Source: Vicugna vicugna (Eukaryota). Taken from it: a stretch of DNA of 64,000 nucleotides. A program made the position numbers and the translations under genes. The DNA lies in NCBI GenBank assembly GCA_013265495.1, contig MU058384.1:5514792-5578791 (forward strand), read 5' to 3'. The notes below the pieces were generated by a model. That model was not told the origin of the DNA. It saw only the letters and a list, made by a program, of their open reading frames with translations, and did no database searches. Below, piece after piece: positions 62,420 through 64,000 of the stretch. Position 1 is the stretch's first letter. Every line of letters starts with the position of its first letter.

Positions 62420-62890
62420 CAGGGTCTTTTACTTGGATAAAGTAAAATATATTCTATTCTAGTCTAATCTAATGATTTAATGAAAGGCACTATTCACAAA
62501 GATAGGGGCGGGGTGGACTAAAAACACAAACGATGAAGCAGGATCCCAAGGCAAGGTACAGGAGAACTCTTATCACCTAGTGCAAAGGCACTAGGTGATG
62601 GAGAGAGAGGGAAGGAGAGAGGGTCATCTTGAGAAGAGCTGGAAACTTGGGTTAAGGCATGTGGTCAGAACACTTTGACTTCAAAAGGAAGAAGCCAGAT
62701 TGAATAAATACCCCAGCTTCATTCTCTTCTCTCTGTTCAGTTTCCTGCAGGGGCTTCTCATTGGCAGAATCCAGGCAGAAGCCAGCAATTGAAGGAGCAC
62801 ATTTAAGTCATCTGTATAGGTGGGGGCACAGAGCAGACAGAGAAGGGCCGATTGTGGGTCTGAAGGATGAACTGAAAACAGTCAACACAC
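62420..62890 (-). mobile_element. ERVL LTR (LTR33-like)
   Basis: TTTAATGAAAGGCACTATTCACAAAG, AATAAATACCCCAG, CATTGGCAGAATCCAGGCAGAAGCCAG and GGGGCACAGAGCAG. Confidence 0.6.
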
Positions 62891-63097
62891 CACTTTATTG
62901 AGCCCACAAGGGAGGCAGCTGAAGATTGAAGCGGGTGCTGAGGAAGTCAGAGTAGAGACAAAGTGCCCAGGGACTGATGACAAGCAACTCTAAAGTCTAC
63001 GCTACTCAGGACTCTTTGCTGTCAGGCAACAACTTTCCATATTGTTCAAGCCGGTTGAAGTCATAGGAGCTGGAATCTACCACAGAAACTGTCTTGA

Positions 63098-63372
63098 CTC
63101 TGCTTTTTCAGATTGCAAGAGGTAACCCGTTAGTGGGTGGCAAAATCAGTTTAGTAGGTTAAAAATCAGCACTTTTTAAAAATGGAAGGGGAAAGAAAGG
63201 AGAAAAACTAGAATAGGTAAGAGTGCACTCACACTAAAAGAATAAATACCTTTTCATGAAACTTATTTCAGTCATATGTGTGACATATACACATACATAC
63301 TTACCTTAGACATGTGCAATGTGTTTCTTGCTATGAGGCATGGTTTAAAATAAAAAGGTTTGAAAGTCAGTC
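63098..63372. mobile_element. MER112 (hAT-Charlie)
   Basis: ACCCGTTAGTGGGT...AAATCAGTTTAGT...TGAAACTTATTTCAGT...GTTTGAAAGTCA. Confidence 0.65.
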
Positions 63373-64000
63373 TGCTAACTGACAGAACATGCTTCTCCCT
63401 CAGAAACTTCTTCTCAGGAGTATTAAGCATTCAGGGAATCGCGTCAGCATCAGAAGCCTGCAGGCATGTTCGGGAGCACAGCAGTCTGTAATTATAGCTT
63501 CAGGAATTCCCTGTCTGGGAAAAATAGGCCTCCTGGTTCAAGAGGCTACAGTTGTCTCCATGGCAATACAGTGTTTCTCTCTTATTTTAATTTTTTTAAT
63601 ATCCAATGTGTTTTCAAAGTTTTGCCACTTTCTATGCAAACAAACTCCCCACTCCTAATTCCTGCAGATACTGAAGCATGATTTGAGTTCCAACTTATCA
63701 GTAACTGACATCTTTTATCCTGATTTTAAAGTTCTCTTTAAGAGAGGACGGCTGGGAGTTTTCCTTACAGGGAGTTTTCCCTTTCACAGGCCCTTGTTTT
63801 AAGATTTCTCCTCCCGATCAAACTCACTGTACTAGTAGGGACTTACTCTAACAGTCCTGGCAAATACAAACAGTGCCCAGATATCTGCTAGTAAAACACT
63901 GAACAAAGGTTTAAACTCATTTTTGAAAGATTAAAATGCAGGAATTTTCAGTTCGCTTTATTGTCAAACAATCATCCTTTTGTCTAGTGACATAAAGGTT

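Noticed and set aside
1..64000. A novel multi-gene system, operon or CRISPR-like array
   Set aside because: This is eukaryotic repeat-rich DNA with no long ORFs (maximum 169 aa, low complexity) and no regularly spaced repeat-spacer array. The only gene-derived sequence is a retrocopy.

Overview
Mammalian, repeat-rich intronic or intergenic DNA. It is most likely from a camelid, inferred from four copies of a tRNA-derived SINE of the vic-1 type and cetartiodactyl-type L1 3' ends, with no Bov-A/BovB, PRE1 or Alu recognised. I find no intact protein-coding gene, RNA gene or CRISPR array, and no evidence of an undescribed multi-gene system. The one clear gene-derived sequence is a full-length processed pseudogene of ATP5PF (ATP5J, ATP synthase F6) on the minus strand, ~60521-61036. 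It has a 13-bp TSD, a poly(A) tail and a single Q40* stop. Other notable structures are a MER41-like ERV1 solo LTR with an octamer and altered STAT (GAS) sites (44393-45000), a 5'-inverted old L1 bracketed by a perfect 13-bp TSD (25867-26961), a three-tier nest of MER33 > L1 > SINE (31766-32641), a hAT-Tip100 remnant split by MER82, a ~168-bp tandem duplication and two perfect 12-bp inverted repeats. Repeat family names come from my recollection of consensus sequences rather than a database search, and boundaries of old repeats are approximate.
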